DNA from: Candidatus Sericytochromatia bacterium
GTDB lineage: Bacteria > Cyanobacteriota > Sericytochromatia > S15B-MN24 > JAQBPE01
Direction: 5' to 3'
Assembly: GCA_040400605.1 (NCBI GenBank)
Contig: JBBAPZ010000001.1
Span: forward strand, 222,544-260,836
Length of the DNA stretch: 38,293 nucleotides
Shown here: piece after piece, positions 17,143 through 26,867 of the stretch
Layout of the letters: the number at the start of each line of letters is the position of its first letter
Position numbering within the stretch: position 1 is the stretch's first letter
Notes under the pieces: model-generated
The model's input: the letters and a program-made list of their open reading frames with translations, nothing else
What the model was told of the DNA's origin: nothing
Database searches by the model: none
Translations under genes and position numbers: made by a program

Positions 17143-18822
17143 CTAACCGCCAGGTATGATTAAAACCTGACCCGGGAAAATTAGACGTGGCTCTCGCACT
17201 TTGCCGCGATTGAGCTGATAGAGCCCCTTCCACCTGGTAGAGCTGCCCAGCAGACGTTGCGCAATCGCACTGAGACAATCACCGGATCGGACCACATAAC
17301 GGGCATTGGTCACTTTGACAGGGCCTGCGCTGCCTTTCAAGCGAAGTTGCAAGCCAGGCAGGATCAGGGCAGGTCTGGCGATGCGGTCACGATTCAGCGC
17401 ATAAATTTCGGGCCATCTGTTCGCGTTACCCAGCACCTGCTGCGCGATCGCACCCAAGGTATCCCCGCGGCGCACGCGGTAGGTTACCGCGTCAGCACCC
17501 TGGCTGGAAACCGGTATGTCGAGGTTCGACAACTTCAATCGTCGGGCAGGCTGCGATAACACAGCGGGTTCAACTGGACGTTTGACCCCATCATAGTGAG
17601 CTTGACGCGCCGACCGAACCTTCTCAACTCGGGGTGGCACAGGCACGTTTACCGCAAGTTTGGAGAACTTTCTGGCTTCTCGACTCACACTGGCTTCACT
17701 CGGCGCTGGTTTGACGGGCAATTCGAGACGAGGTGTCCGCTCCCCGACAGGTGGACCAGCCAAAGGAAATCGTTCACCACCGCTTGCAACACCAGTGTTT
17801 TCCCGATGCGGTTTCACAGACAGTCCCAAAGTACGTGTATCACCCGTTTGGACGTGCTCACCGGCATTGACGCCAACGTCGTGTGCCACCGCATTATGAG
17901 CTGCGACGGTGGTTGCATGCACACCAACACGAGTGTGTGGATCTTTTTTGACTACCCCGTCCGTACGCAAATGGGGGGCTTTCGGTGCGAGCACCAACGG
18001 CGCGCCCGGCGCTACTCCCAACCGGTTGTCTGACTTGTGCACGATGGGCGGCGTAACCGGTTTGATCGCAATTCCTCTTGGGTTGCGTATCTCCTGCATG
18101 GCAATCACATTCCGACCGGAGAGCTGCGATTTCTCAAGCAGATACAATTCATAGCCGTCCTTTTCGAGCGTCAGCACATCTGATTCTCGGTACCCCGTCC
18201 CCAGCGTCGCTTGACCGTTTTCATCAGTCACCCCGACAACCCGTTCATCCGAGGTCTTAATCCGCACACCGGCGATGACGGAACCCGCACGCCCATCAAC
18301 GACTCGAACGACAGGCGCCGATGCAGCAGCCCAGTCCGTGCGTTCGGCCCCAGCGGCCGCAGTCGCAACCATCGGGGTGACTGTTAACTGTCCAACAGCA
18401 AGTACCGCAGCAGCAGCCAATCGTGCAGCAGAACCCGCAACGCCGCTCAATCCGCGAATCCGATCGCGCAGCGCCAACGCATCGAGAGGCTCCACCTGTT
18501 CCTGTGCGGTGACGCCAAGTGCCTTTAATTGCCGCATCAGCGTCTCGAGCGGAACCGTTTCCAAGGCCAACACAGCCTCCAAAAACAGCATTTCGTACAC
18601 CAAATGGTCCTGACTGGCCAAACCATCCGCAGTCATTGCCGCCAACGCGTTGCAGATACCAGACAGTTCCGACAACACCTGCTCACTATGCTGTCCCAAG
18701 GCCACTGGTCGTCCGGGATTTTCAGCCTCAGCGGACACACCAGACACCGAGGGCGACCAGGCCATCTCGCGCCCCAAAAGACTTTGCGACGGATTCGTTT
18801 CAATGCGTTCGGACGCGTTCAC
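17143..18822 (-). CDS. LysM x2 protein with a carboxypeptidase-regulatory-like domain
   Basis: C-terminal YRVRRGDTLGAIA...PALILPG and YVVRSGDCLSAIA...PRLIFPGQ; GVTDENGQ...EKDGY. AGAGGAG RBS before GTG. Confidence 0.85.
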   Translation of the reverse strand: MNASERIETNPSQSLLGREMAWSPSVSGVSAEAENPGRPVALGQHSEQVLSELSGICNALAAMTADGLASQDHLVYEMLFLEAVLALETVPLETLMRQLKALGVTAQEQVEPLDALALRDRIRGLSGVAGSAARLAAAAVLAVGQLTVTPMVATAAAGAERTDWAAASAPVVRVVDGRAGSVIAGVRIKTSDERVVGVTDENGQATLGTGYRESDVLTLEKDGYELYLLEKSQLSGRNVIAMQEIRNPRGIAIKPVTPPIVHKSDNRLGVAPGAPLVLAPKAPHLRTDGVVKKDPHTRVGVHATTVAAHNAVAHDVGVNAGEHVQTGDTRTLGLSVKPHRENTGVASGGERFPLAGPPVGERTPRLELPVKPAPSEASVSREARKFSKLAVNVPVPPRVEKVRSARQAHYDGVKRPVEPAVLSQPARRLKLSNLDIPVSSQGADAVTYRVRRGDTLGAIAQQVLGNANRWPEIYALNRDRIARPALILPGLQLRLKGSAGPVKVTNARYVVRSGDCLSAIAQRLLGSSTRWKGLYQLNRGKVREPRLIFPGQVLIIPGG

Positions 18823-18959
18823 AATTAAGTTCTCCTCTCTACGGTATCCCAGTTACCTTGAGGGACACATCGTAGCGGCTCATTCAGGTGCCCATTTTAC
18901 AACAAATTGCTGGCGCCCGCACCGCCCTTACATTGACACGGACAAGGAGAGAAATAGGT

Positions 18960-18975
18960 GCCCGTGATCACGGGC
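18960..18975. promoter_or_regulatory. Perfect 16-bp palindrome in the divergent LysM/gltX promoter region
   Basis: GCCCGTGATCACGGGC. Confidence 0.4.
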
Positions 18976-19142
18976 TACGACAAATCCTTGAGCGAAGTGT
19001 TGGTTTGGGCGCTTTTCCCGGAAAGTAGAACCACAAGCGCTGGCAGTTAGCAAAAAATCTCGTCAGTGACGTGAACACAGACGGTTACCAGAGGGGTCTG
19101 TTAAAATTCAGGTTGTTCTGGGAGTGGTACGGAGGAATAGCG

Positions 19143-20621
19143 ATGAGCGCGGTGCGCGTGCGGTTTGCGCCGAGTCCGACAGGATACCTGCATGTTGGCG
19201 GAGCCCGCACCGCCCTTTTTAATTGGTTGTACGCCCGCCACAACGGCGGTGTCTTTATTTTGCGCGTCGAAGATACCGATTTGGCGCGTTCGACCCCGGA
19301 GTCTGTTGACGCCATTTTTGAAGGTATGCGGTGGTTGGGGTTGAATTGGGATGAAGGTCCCGGAAGCTTGGAGCCGCACGGACCCTACTTTCAAACCGAA
19401 CGCAAGATCATTTACGACCGCTACGTGGGAAAACTGTTACAGGCGGGCGCCGCGTATCGCTGTTATCGAAGCGCCGCGGAGCTGGAAGGGTTGAGGCAAG
19501 AGCAGGCTGCGAAAGGTCTGCAGCCTCGTTATGACCGCGCGTGGGCCGAGCGTGATCCGGAAGTCCTGCAGCGGTACGACGCCCAAGGGCGACCGTTCGT
19601 GGTGCGATTCAAGTCGCCGGGCGCGGGTTCGGTCACGGTCAATGACATTTTACGCGGCGATATCGTGTTTGATGTCGCAGAAATGGTCGATGATTTTGTC
19701 TTGATCAAGCAGGATGGCATACCCACCTACAATTTTGCCGCAGTCGTTGATGATATTGAGATGGGGATCACGCATGTGATTCGGGGTGATGATCATCTGT
19801 CCAACACGCCCAAGCAAGTTGCCTTGTATGAAGCCTTCGACGCGGCAAAGCCACTGTTTTGTCATTTGCCGATGATTCTTGGTCCGGACAAGAGCAAGCT
19901 GTCCAAGCGCCACGGCACAACCTCGGTCATGAAGTTTGCGCAGGAAGGTTATCTGCCCGAAGCCTTGCTCAACTACCTGGTACGTCTTGGCTGGGCGCAT
20001 GGCGACCAGGAGATTTTTTCCATTGATGAAATGGTCAAGCTCTTCGAGCTGAAAGAATTGAACAAAACCGCCGCCGTCTTCGACGTCGCCAAATTGGATT
20101 GGTTGAATGCGCATTATTTGAGACATTTGGATGACGAGCGTCTGTTGATCTTGATGGGGCGTTATTGGGACGCGAAAGAATTGCCTTGGGCGACGCACTC
20201 ACCAAACTGGCTTAAGTCACTGAATCGCGCCTTGGTTGAACGTTCCCGAACCCTGTTGGAATTGGCTGAGCACGCCCGCTGTTTCTTCGATGTGGATATT
20301 GCCTACGACCCCGACGCGGTTGCGAAATTCCTGGATACACCGCAGCGGAGCTTGTTAAATGAGCTTGCTGAGGAACTGCGTGCGGTTTCGACGTGGGATG
20401 AGGCATTATTGGAACAGTGTATCGTGCAATTTACAAAAAGCCGTGCAATCAAATTGGGGGCGGTGATGCAGCCATTGCGAGTGGCTCTCACGGGAAAAAC
20501 AACCAGTCCAGGCATGTACGTCGTTCTCGCACTTTTCGGTAAGGATTTATGTTTCAAGCGCTTGTCACACGTGCTGAGTTCCGATTTTTCAGTGGCCACC
20601 CCGGCAAACGTGGAATCGTGA
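19143..20621 (+). CDS. gltX: Glutamate--tRNA ligase
   Basis: RFAPSPTGYLHVGG, LRVEDTD, HVIRGDDH and KLSKR motifs. GGAGG RBS before ATG 19143. Confidence 0.97.
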   Translation: MSAVRVRFAPSPTGYLHVGGARTALFNWLYARHNGGVFILRVEDTDLARSTPESVDAIFEGMRWLGLNWDEGPGSLEPHGPYFQTERKIIYDRYVGKLLQAGAAYRCYRSAAELEGLRQEQAAKGLQPRYDRAWAERDPEVLQRYDAQGRPFVVRFKSPGAGSVTVNDILRGDIVFDVAEMVDDFVLIKQDGIPTYNFAAVVDDIEMGITHVIRGDDHLSNTPKQVALYEAFDAAKPLFCHLPMILGPDKSKLSKRHGTTSVMKFAQEGYLPEALLNYLVRLGWAHGDQEIFSIDEMVKLFELKELNKTAAVFDVAKLDWLNAHYLRHLDDERLLILMGRYWDAKELPWATHSPNWLKSLNRALVERSRTLLELAEHARCFFDVDIAYDPDAVAKFLDTPQRSLLNELAEELRAVSTWDEALLEQCIVQFTKSRAIKLGAVMQPLRVALTGKTTSPGMYVVLALFGKDLCFKRLSHVLSSDFSVATPANVES

Positions 20622-20651
20622 ACTGAGCCTGTCTCTAAAGAGAACCAACTG

Positions 20652-21959
20652 TTGAGGACCCGTAAGAATACAGGCCAACTCGGTGCAAAGACCGGTCCAC
20701 TCAGCGGCCGACGCAAGCGTCGCACGCGTATCCGATGGAAACGTTTGCTGTTCAGTGTGATCCTGTTTTTGGGCCTGACGACCTCAGGCATTTATGCCGC
20801 TTTGTACCACCTGTTAACCACGTTGTCTGCAAACGAGGCGGTGGCCACGGCGCCCGGAGACTGGCGCAATGGGCTCACGCCGTTGTGGGAACACCGCAAT
20901 ATTCTGGTCATGGGCACAGATTATTCTTACCAGGATGGCAAACGGGACAGCAATCTCCCTGTTCGTTCGGACTCCCTGTTGGTGGTTTCACTCAGTCCAC
21001 TTCGTCGCGATGTTACCGTTTTATCGATCCCGCGTGATACGGGTGTCTATATCAACGATCGTTTTGATAAAATCAACGCCGCTTTGAGTCTTGGTGGGCC
21101 GAAACTGGCAAGCCAGGTCACCGAAGACCTGCTAGGTGTGCCCATCGAGCGATGGATGACGGTTAACACCACCGGATTGGAGAAAGTGGTTGATGCCTTG
21201 GGCGGCGTTCCGATAACGGTGGAGCATCCCATGCGGTATGCGGATCGCACGGCCAAACTTGACATCAACATCCCACAAGGCCATCAGGTATTAACAGGCA
21301 AGACCGCCCACCAATATGTGCGATTCAGACACGACGCACTGGGAGACATCGGTCGGGTACAGCGCCAACAAAAATTTCTTCAGGCACTCTCAGGTGTCCT
21401 GCTGTCACCTGCCACAGTGCTCAAACTGCCCCAGGTCATCAACAGCGCAACGGAATCCATTTCAACCAACATGTCAGGTAGCGAGCTCATGCAAGTCGTC
21501 ACCCACTGTATCAAACTGAAACGTGAACAGGTTCATATGGTGATGCTGCCGGGCCATTTTTCACAGAGCGAATACAGCACAAGCTACTGGCTGGTATCGA
21601 ACGAAGCGGCTTATGCCTTGGGGCAACGTGTCTTGAGCGACCGCACGGCAAACGGTCCACTGCCGGATCGCTCACTGGTCAAATTGACGGTTCTGAACGG
21701 CACCCGTCACCCGTCACTCGCCTCAAACACCGCCAGACGCTTGCGTGAAGCCGGCTGGAACGTTCACGCCTTTGGGGACGCCCCAATGCCAAATCGTGGC
21801 CCGACCCAAATCATCGTACAGACTGGTTTGACTGAGTTCGTTTCAGCACTGCAAAGCGACCTCAAGGTCAAGACAGACTGTATCCATGCGAGTGTCGGAG
21901 ACTTGACCACCGATTTTACGATCATACTGAATGACGACATGGCGAAACAAAAAGACTAA
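20652..21959 (+). CDS. LCP (LytR-CpsA-Psr) family protein with LytR_C domain
   Basis: Basic N-terminus and one TM helix; RSDS, SIPRDT, KINAA, RFRHD..GDIGRVQRQQ; C-terminal VLNGT domain. Confidence 0.92.
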   Translation: MRTRKNTGQLGAKTGPLSGRRKRRTRIRWKRLLFSVILFLGLTTSGIYAALYHLLTTLSANEAVATAPGDWRNGLTPLWEHRNILVMGTDYSYQDGKRDSNLPVRSDSLLVVSLSPLRRDVTVLSIPRDTGVYINDRFDKINAALSLGGPKLASQVTEDLLGVPIERWMTVNTTGLEKVVDALGGVPITVEHPMRYADRTAKLDINIPQGHQVLTGKTAHQYVRFRHDALGDIGRVQRQQKFLQALSGVLLSPATVLKLPQVINSATESISTNMSGSELMQVVTHCIKLKREQVHMVMLPGHFSQSEYSTSYWLVSNEAAYALGQRVLSDRTANGPLPDRSLVKLTVLNGTRHPSLASNTARRLREAGWNVHAFGDAPMPNRGPTQIIVQTGLTEFVSALQSDLKVKTDCIHASVGDLTTDFTIILNDDMAKQKD

Positions 21960-22001
21960 TGGTTGTGCCTGCCGCGCCCCTTCAGCAACGCGGGGAAACT
22001 G

Positions 22002-22712
22002 CTACTTGTTGTCGCCCGATTCTAGCAAGCCTTGACTGGAGCCAGTGCCGATCGACTTGTTGCGCGCCGCTTTCAACAATGCCAACTCATCATCAACAGC
22101 CGGACCCGATCCCAAGGCAGCAAAACGATCTTCGAGCGAATCCCGATTCAACTCACCAAAAGCAGCGGCTTGGGATTCCTTGTCCAGAACCCGTGCTTCC
22201 ATTCGGTCAAAAGCCGACATCGCATCACTGGTGCCTGCGCGCCCGAGAGTCTGCTGAATGCGTTTTTCAGCCTCTGCGCGCCTGTGGCGAGCAATCAACA
22301 AGTCTTTCTTTGTCTTGGTTTCCGCAATCTTCGATTCGAGTTGCGCATAATTTTCCTTTAACAGCGCCACGCTTTTTTTCTGTTCTTCCCATTGCTGCCT
22401 GAAACCATCGGCGGTCTGTTGCGCCGTCGCGCGACGCTTCAATGCCTCACGCGCCAGCTCATCCTCATTGCGATCGACAGCCAACTCCGCCTTCTGTTGC
22501 CATTTGTCCGCTTCTTCCTGCGCTTGGCGGGCCTTTTGGGACAACTGCTTTTCAATCGCGATCGCACCTGCGACTTGGGTCTTCACCTGAATCAAATCAG
22601 CACTCAACTCCTCGCTGATTTGATTCAACATTTTTTCAGGATCCTCAGCCTGCGTGATTGCATCATTGATGTTCGCGCTCAGGATGCGTTTCAGTCGATC
22701 AAAAATGCCCAT
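22002..22712 (-). CDS. pspA: PspA/IM30 family protein
   Basis: MGIFDRL...AEDPEKML, ELAREAL, FDRME.RV, LEDRFAAL and DDELALLK motifs. Confidence 0.92.
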   Translation of the reverse strand: MGIFDRLKRILSANINDAITQAEDPEKMLNQISEELSADLIQVKTQVAGAIAIEKQLSQKARQAQEEADKWQQKAELAVDRNEDELAREALKRRATAQQTADGFRQQWEEQKKSVALLKENYAQLESKIAETKTKKDLLIARHRRAEAEKRIQQTLGRAGTSDAMSAFDRMEARVLDKESQAAAFGELNRDSLEDRFAALGSGPAVDDELALLKAARNKSIGTGSSQGLLESGDNK

Positions 22713-22757
22713 AACTTTCGAACTCCTTTGCTCGGCCAGAATCCAGTGATGTGACGA

Positions 22758-23789
22758 TTATACCCTATTTGTATAAGCAGGCTTGAACAGTCCGTCTTCG
22801 GCACTCAAACGGTGATCCACAACCTCCACTTGCGTCGCAAGACGATTGTGTCTGACAAGACAGTGATCGGACGCCACTTCACTCATTCCCCACTCACGCA
22901 GCGCCTTTTGCTTGGCCGGCTGATAATCCGGCGCCCAGGCCAAAACAGGCCTTTTCGGAAAATCAGACAAGACCGCGGAAGCATGCGCAAGCACCACGTC
23001 ATAGAGTGATTCATAACCCGGGTGCACCATCAATTGCAAAGTGTGCGGCAACTGACGATACTGCGCCATAATGCGCAGGTACGCCACCACATGGCCCCCA
23101 TCACAAAATACGTAACGCAAATCGTCACGATGTTTCAAACAGCGACGCACACCATTCAGGACGTATTCCCAGGTGCTGATGGCGAAATCGACCGGTTCTT
23201 TCCCGTCCACCAACCGCACCACGGCGGGAGTGCAGGCGACGTACAACTGATAAATCGCCGCGTTCCAACAGCGGCGCGCAGGTTGCGCCTCTGGATCGCG
23301 CACAGAGTGACGGTCGGGTTGCTCATCGATACGGTAGTAAGTGTTGACCGCATACGTGTGGAAGCCTAGTTTCTCATAGAAACGTCTGGCTCCCTGATTG
23401 TCATGATCAACTTCCAGCGTAAAACGCATGACGCCTTGCCGACCATACCGGTCCATCACATACTCAACCAATTCACGTCCCAGGCCTTGGCCGTGGTTTT
23501 CCGGTGCCACGGCCACGAAATCAATATGCCAGCGCGAATGTTGGCGATTGCCAGGCGCGGTTTGAATGAAGCCACAGATGCGGGATTCCGCTTCAACCAC
23601 GTGAATGTTCAGGGTGTATCGCGAGGGATTGGGAAACCAGGACAGTACCCGCAGCAAAGGGTAGTATCGGCGATAACGCATCACCCGTGCACCGATATCG
23701 ACCCCGCGGCGGGCATACTCCGCGTCAAAGAGCGAGACAAAAATGTCGCGCACTCGAATCAAATCAGCCCGTCGTACCAATCGGATCAC
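22758..23789 (-). CDS. GNAT family acetyltransferase (two-domain, cyanobacterial-like)
   Basis: VAVAPENHGQGLG motif A and LEVDHDNQGARRFYEKLGF. GTG 23789 with GGGAG RBS overlaps the upstream gene end. Confidence 0.85.
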   Translation of the reverse strand: MIRLVRRADLIRVRDIFVSLFDAEYARRGVDIGARVMRYRRYYPLLRVLSWFPNPSRYTLNIHVVEAESRICGFIQTAPGNRQHSRWHIDFVAVAPENHGQGLGRELVEYVMDRYGRQGVMRFTLEVDHDNQGARRFYEKLGFHTYAVNTYYRIDEQPDRHSVRDPEAQPARRCWNAAIYQLYVACTPAVVRLVDGKEPVDFAISTWEYVLNGVRRCLKHRDDLRYVFCDGGHVVAYLRIMAQYRQLPHTLQLMVHPGYESLYDVVLAHASAVLSDFPKRPVLAWAPDYQPAKQKALREWGMSEVASDHCLVRHNRLATQVEVVDHRLSAEDGLFKPAYTNRV

Positions 23790-24963
23790 GTGTCGCCTCT
23801 CCCTTTTCACACCCACCCAATGCTCGCAGAACCACGATGGGAGTTTGTTCGTCACCGTTTCCAAATGGATTGTCGATCAGTATGCGACCGAGATCATCCG
23901 CTGAGATACCCGGCGTGTGCGCCAACACCATGACGCGCTTGAGATCATTGGCATCCACGATCGCTGCCTCCATGGCCGTCTTCGCGCGAATGCGATCCAC
24001 AACATCACGGGCGTTCACAGGGCCAGCGACAATGTATTTGTCAAACGGTGGCATGGTGCCCGTAATGTCATCGATCAACTCGGCCGGCTGACCGGCCAAC
24101 GCATAGAACAAACCCTTGATGCCAAAAAGCTTGCCGACGGCTCCGACAAAAAACGCCATCAACATTCGGACCGTGCCGACTTGCGCCATGGCCAGCTCAA
24201 AACCGTGAGGAGAACTCAAACTGCCTTTCGACGGCACAAAGTAACAGAGGCGTTTGGCCCAGAAACCGGGCCGCACCGCCTGCGGCTCGTAGTATTGCCC
24301 CTGGGTGATCGCAACAACGCTTTCCGCAACGGCGACCACATCGCCTGGTCGCCGAAAATCCGCCGTTTGTCGATCGATGACATCGACGATATCGTCGGCC
24401 GCCGTCAGAATCGGGGTTGGCACGCACTGAACGGCATAACGCTGGCCCAAGCGCGGTTGTGGTAATGGCTTGACCCGCGCGAGCGGTAAAATGACGGTGG
24501 CCGTGCAGGTTTGTAGGTCCCGCCGCCCATAAGTTTTGTATTGCAGCGTCACAACCGCCGCAGTGGCCCGTTCCAACGCATCTGTAGCGCCGCGGAGGGT
24601 GACGTGAAGTTCACAGTGCAACATCTCACCCGGAGCAAGCAATTGCGCTTGCCAGTAACCGTCTTCGCGCTCAAAGCCACCCACGCACCTGACCCTGACT
24701 TCCCCTGACACGCACCCGACGGCCGTTAAAACACGAACCTCTCCCGCCACATCAACCAATGTCTGTTCGTAGTACGGATTCTGGTTCACGATCGGCAGTC
24801 GCGTTTTAAAGCGGCGCTCGGTTGGTGAATGCGCAGCTTCTTCCCACCCGATATGCTCATTAGGCTTCAAAACGATCGACTTCGCATCGCGAAAGCGGTA
24901 CAAAAGTTCAAAGAGGACACCGGCTGTCAAGATGGCCGTCCCGACAACCATAAAAATTCCCAT
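23764..24963 (-). CDS. F420-0:gamma-glutamyl ligase (CofE)-like protein with N-terminal TM helix
   Basis: GDVVAVAESVVAITQG, IDDITGTMPPFD, IVDANDL and DNPFGNGDEQTP motifs. Hydrophobic N-terminus. Confidence 0.82.
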   Translation of the reverse strand: MGIFMVVGTAILTAGVLFELLYRFRDAKSIVLKPNEHIGWEEAAHSPTERRFKTRLPIVNQNPYYEQTLVDVAGEVRVLTAVGCVSGEVRVRCVGGFEREDGYWQAQLLAPGEMLHCELHVTLRGATDALERATAAVVTLQYKTYGRRDLQTCTATVILPLARVKPLPQPRLGQRYAVQCVPTPILTAADDIVDVIDRQTADFRRPGDVVAVAESVVAITQGQYYEPQAVRPGFWAKRLCYFVPSKGSLSSPHGFELAMAQVGTVRMLMAFFVGAVGKLFGIKGLFYALAGQPAELIDDITGTMPPFDKYIVAGPVNARDVVDRIRAKTAMEAAIVDANDLKRVMVLAHTPGISADDLGRILIDNPFGNGDEQTPIVVLRALGGCEKGEATRDPIGTTG

Positions 24964-25196
24964 TGTCAACACCCACTGTCTTGGCCACACTCACCCCACG
25001 AATGTTAAAATTTTAGCGAAATCAACACCCTACCGCAATCCTGGGATTGATCCGTCACTGTTCCGTTGCCACCAGCACACCATCAGGCAACGGTTGACGC
25101 CTTTGCAGCAAGTCGGCATTTGTGTCACCGTCCGGCCGGTGCCGCCTGCGATGGGAGGGATGGATGCCTAGTCCTCATTAACACGAAGGAAAATCA

Positions 25197-26108
25197 ATGA
25201 ATTATTGTGAAGTGGCCATTTGGGTACAACCTGTTTTTGCGGAAAGCCTGGCTTGGCATCTTCAAGGGATGGGTGTGCAAGGTGTGGGGGTGTCTGAATT
25301 TCCAGCGGTGGGCCCGGTGCCGGACACCGTGGCGGTTAGGGTCTATCAGGCGGAAAGTGTGGCCGAGTTGGGTGCTTTCGAGGCGCGTATCGCGGAAGGG
25401 GTCGCTTTTTTTGCCCGTCATTTTGAGGGGTTGGACTATCAGATAATGGGTTCCGTCCTGCCGTCTGAAGACTGGGAGAGCAGTTGGAAGCGGCACTGGC
25501 ATACACAGTGCGTGGGAGAACGCCTGGTGATTAAGCCCAGTTGGGAGAATTTTCAACCCGCGTCGCACCAAGTCGTGATTGAATTGGATCCGAAGCAGGC
25601 ATTTGGCACAGGCACGCATCCAACGACCCAGTTATGTTTACAGGCACTGGAAAGAAGCGTGGGGGCTTACGATGCCCCATTCGTCCACGACGTGGGAACG
25701 GGGTCCGGCATTTTGGGGATTGCTGCTTTGAAACTTGGCGCGCGGCAGGTTTTGGCCTGTGACACCGATCCGGTTGCGACAGGAGCCGCCAGGGAAAATG
25801 CGGAGGCCAATCAGGTTCTCGATCGTTTCGTCGTTCACACAGGTGGTATTGAGGTGCTGAGGGGTGAGGCAGACATCGTGGTGATTAACATCCTGGCTGA
25901 GGTTATCGTTGACTTGGCTGAGGCGATCGCTGCGCGGGTACGACCCGGCGGGCTGGTGATCGCCTCAGGTATCATTCGTTCACGTCAGGAGTCGGTCGAG
26001 CGTGCTTTTCAGGCAGTCGGACTCTTGCCGCAAACGTGTACGTACCAGGGTGAGTGGTTGGTGCTTGAGGCATCCAAACCCGGTCCTGCGCCTTCAGACG
26101 TTTCGTGA
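25197..26108 (+). CDS. prmA: 50S ribosomal protein L11 methyltransferase
   Basis: EDWESSWK, LDPKQAFGTGTHPTT, DVGTGSGIL, NILA and SGII motifs. Confidence 0.95.
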   Translation: MNYCEVAIWVQPVFAESLAWHLQGMGVQGVGVSEFPAVGPVPDTVAVRVYQAESVAELGAFEARIAEGVAFFARHFEGLDYQIMGSVLPSEDWESSWKRHWHTQCVGERLVIKPSWENFQPASHQVVIELDPKQAFGTGTHPTTQLCLQALERSVGAYDAPFVHDVGTGSGILGIAALKLGARQVLACDTDPVATGAARENAEANQVLDRFVVHTGGIEVLRGEADIVVINILAEVIVDLAEAIAARVRPGGLVIASGIIRSRQESVERAFQAVGLLPQTCTYQGEWLVLEASKPGPAPSDVS

Positions 26109-26118
26109 GGTATCGCTT

Positions 26119-26790
26119 GTGCGAGAATCCTTGTTGCCGCTGTTCATACTCGATGTGGTGTTGTTTCCGGGCATGGTCTTGCCGCTGCGAATATTTGAGC
26201 CGCGTTATCAATTGATGATCCGGCGTTGCATCGAAACCGACAAACGCTTTGGCGTGGTCTTGCGTCGCCAGTCAGATGAGGGTGGGACAAAGGATCAGCC
26301 CCACCGTATGGGCACAATTGCAGAATTAAGCGGCTGGGAGGTTTTACCAAACGGTCACGTGATGCTCGTTTGCGTGGGTGTCACTCGTTTTCGAATCCTG
26401 GAACTTTCAGATTCAGAACCGTACCTGACAGCCCGGGTCGAGACGCTCGATGAACAGTCAATATTGCCTGTAAAAGAACCAGATCTCCTGACACAGGTAC
26501 GGACACAACTGGTTCAGTACATCGCGATTCTGCAGCAACTAAGCCCCACACCGATTGCGCCGCCCGAAACCGATTTGGAGGCCGAAGCGCTTGGGTATTA
26601 CTTGTTGGCGGTCCTTCAGATCGACAATGAACGCAAGCAAGCCCTGCTGGAACTTCACGATTCGTGGGTACGTCTGCAACAAGGGGCTCAAAGTCTCACG
26701 ACTGAACTGAGCGAATTGCAGGCGTTCATCACGCGCGTGAGGGACCAGGGCGATTATTTTTATCGCGGAAAACGCCTGTCCAGAAATTAA
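26119..26790 (+). CDS. LON peptidase substrate-binding domain protein
   Basis: LPLF.LD.VLFPG..LPLRIFEPRY, RFRI and KQALLE motifs. GTG 26119 with GAGG RBS. Confidence 0.9.
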   Translation: MRESLLPLFILDVVLFPGMVLPLRIFEPRYQLMIRRCIETDKRFGVVLRRQSDEGGTKDQPHRMGTIAELSGWEVLPNGHVMLVCVGVTRFRILELSDSEPYLTARVETLDEQSILPVKEPDLLTQVRTQLVQYIAILQQLSPTPIAPPETDLEAEALGYYLLAVLQIDNERKQALLELHDSWVRLQQGAQSLTTELSELQAFITRVRDQGDYFYRGKRLSRN

Positions 26791-26867
26791 AAGCGATGCC
26801 CAACGGAATATGGTCGGTGAGACCACGGCATGTTACGATTCCGCGGTGATGTGTGCCTTGACCAGAA

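Noticed and set aside
22002..22070. PspA C-terminal tail as a Vipp1-type extra helix
   Set aside because: The tail is short and Gly/Ser-rich, with no convincing amphipathic helix.
25020..25070. Fragment resembling the element middle (GCAATCCTGG...ATCCGTCACT)
   Set aside because: Short, needs gaps, and both terminal blocks are absent.
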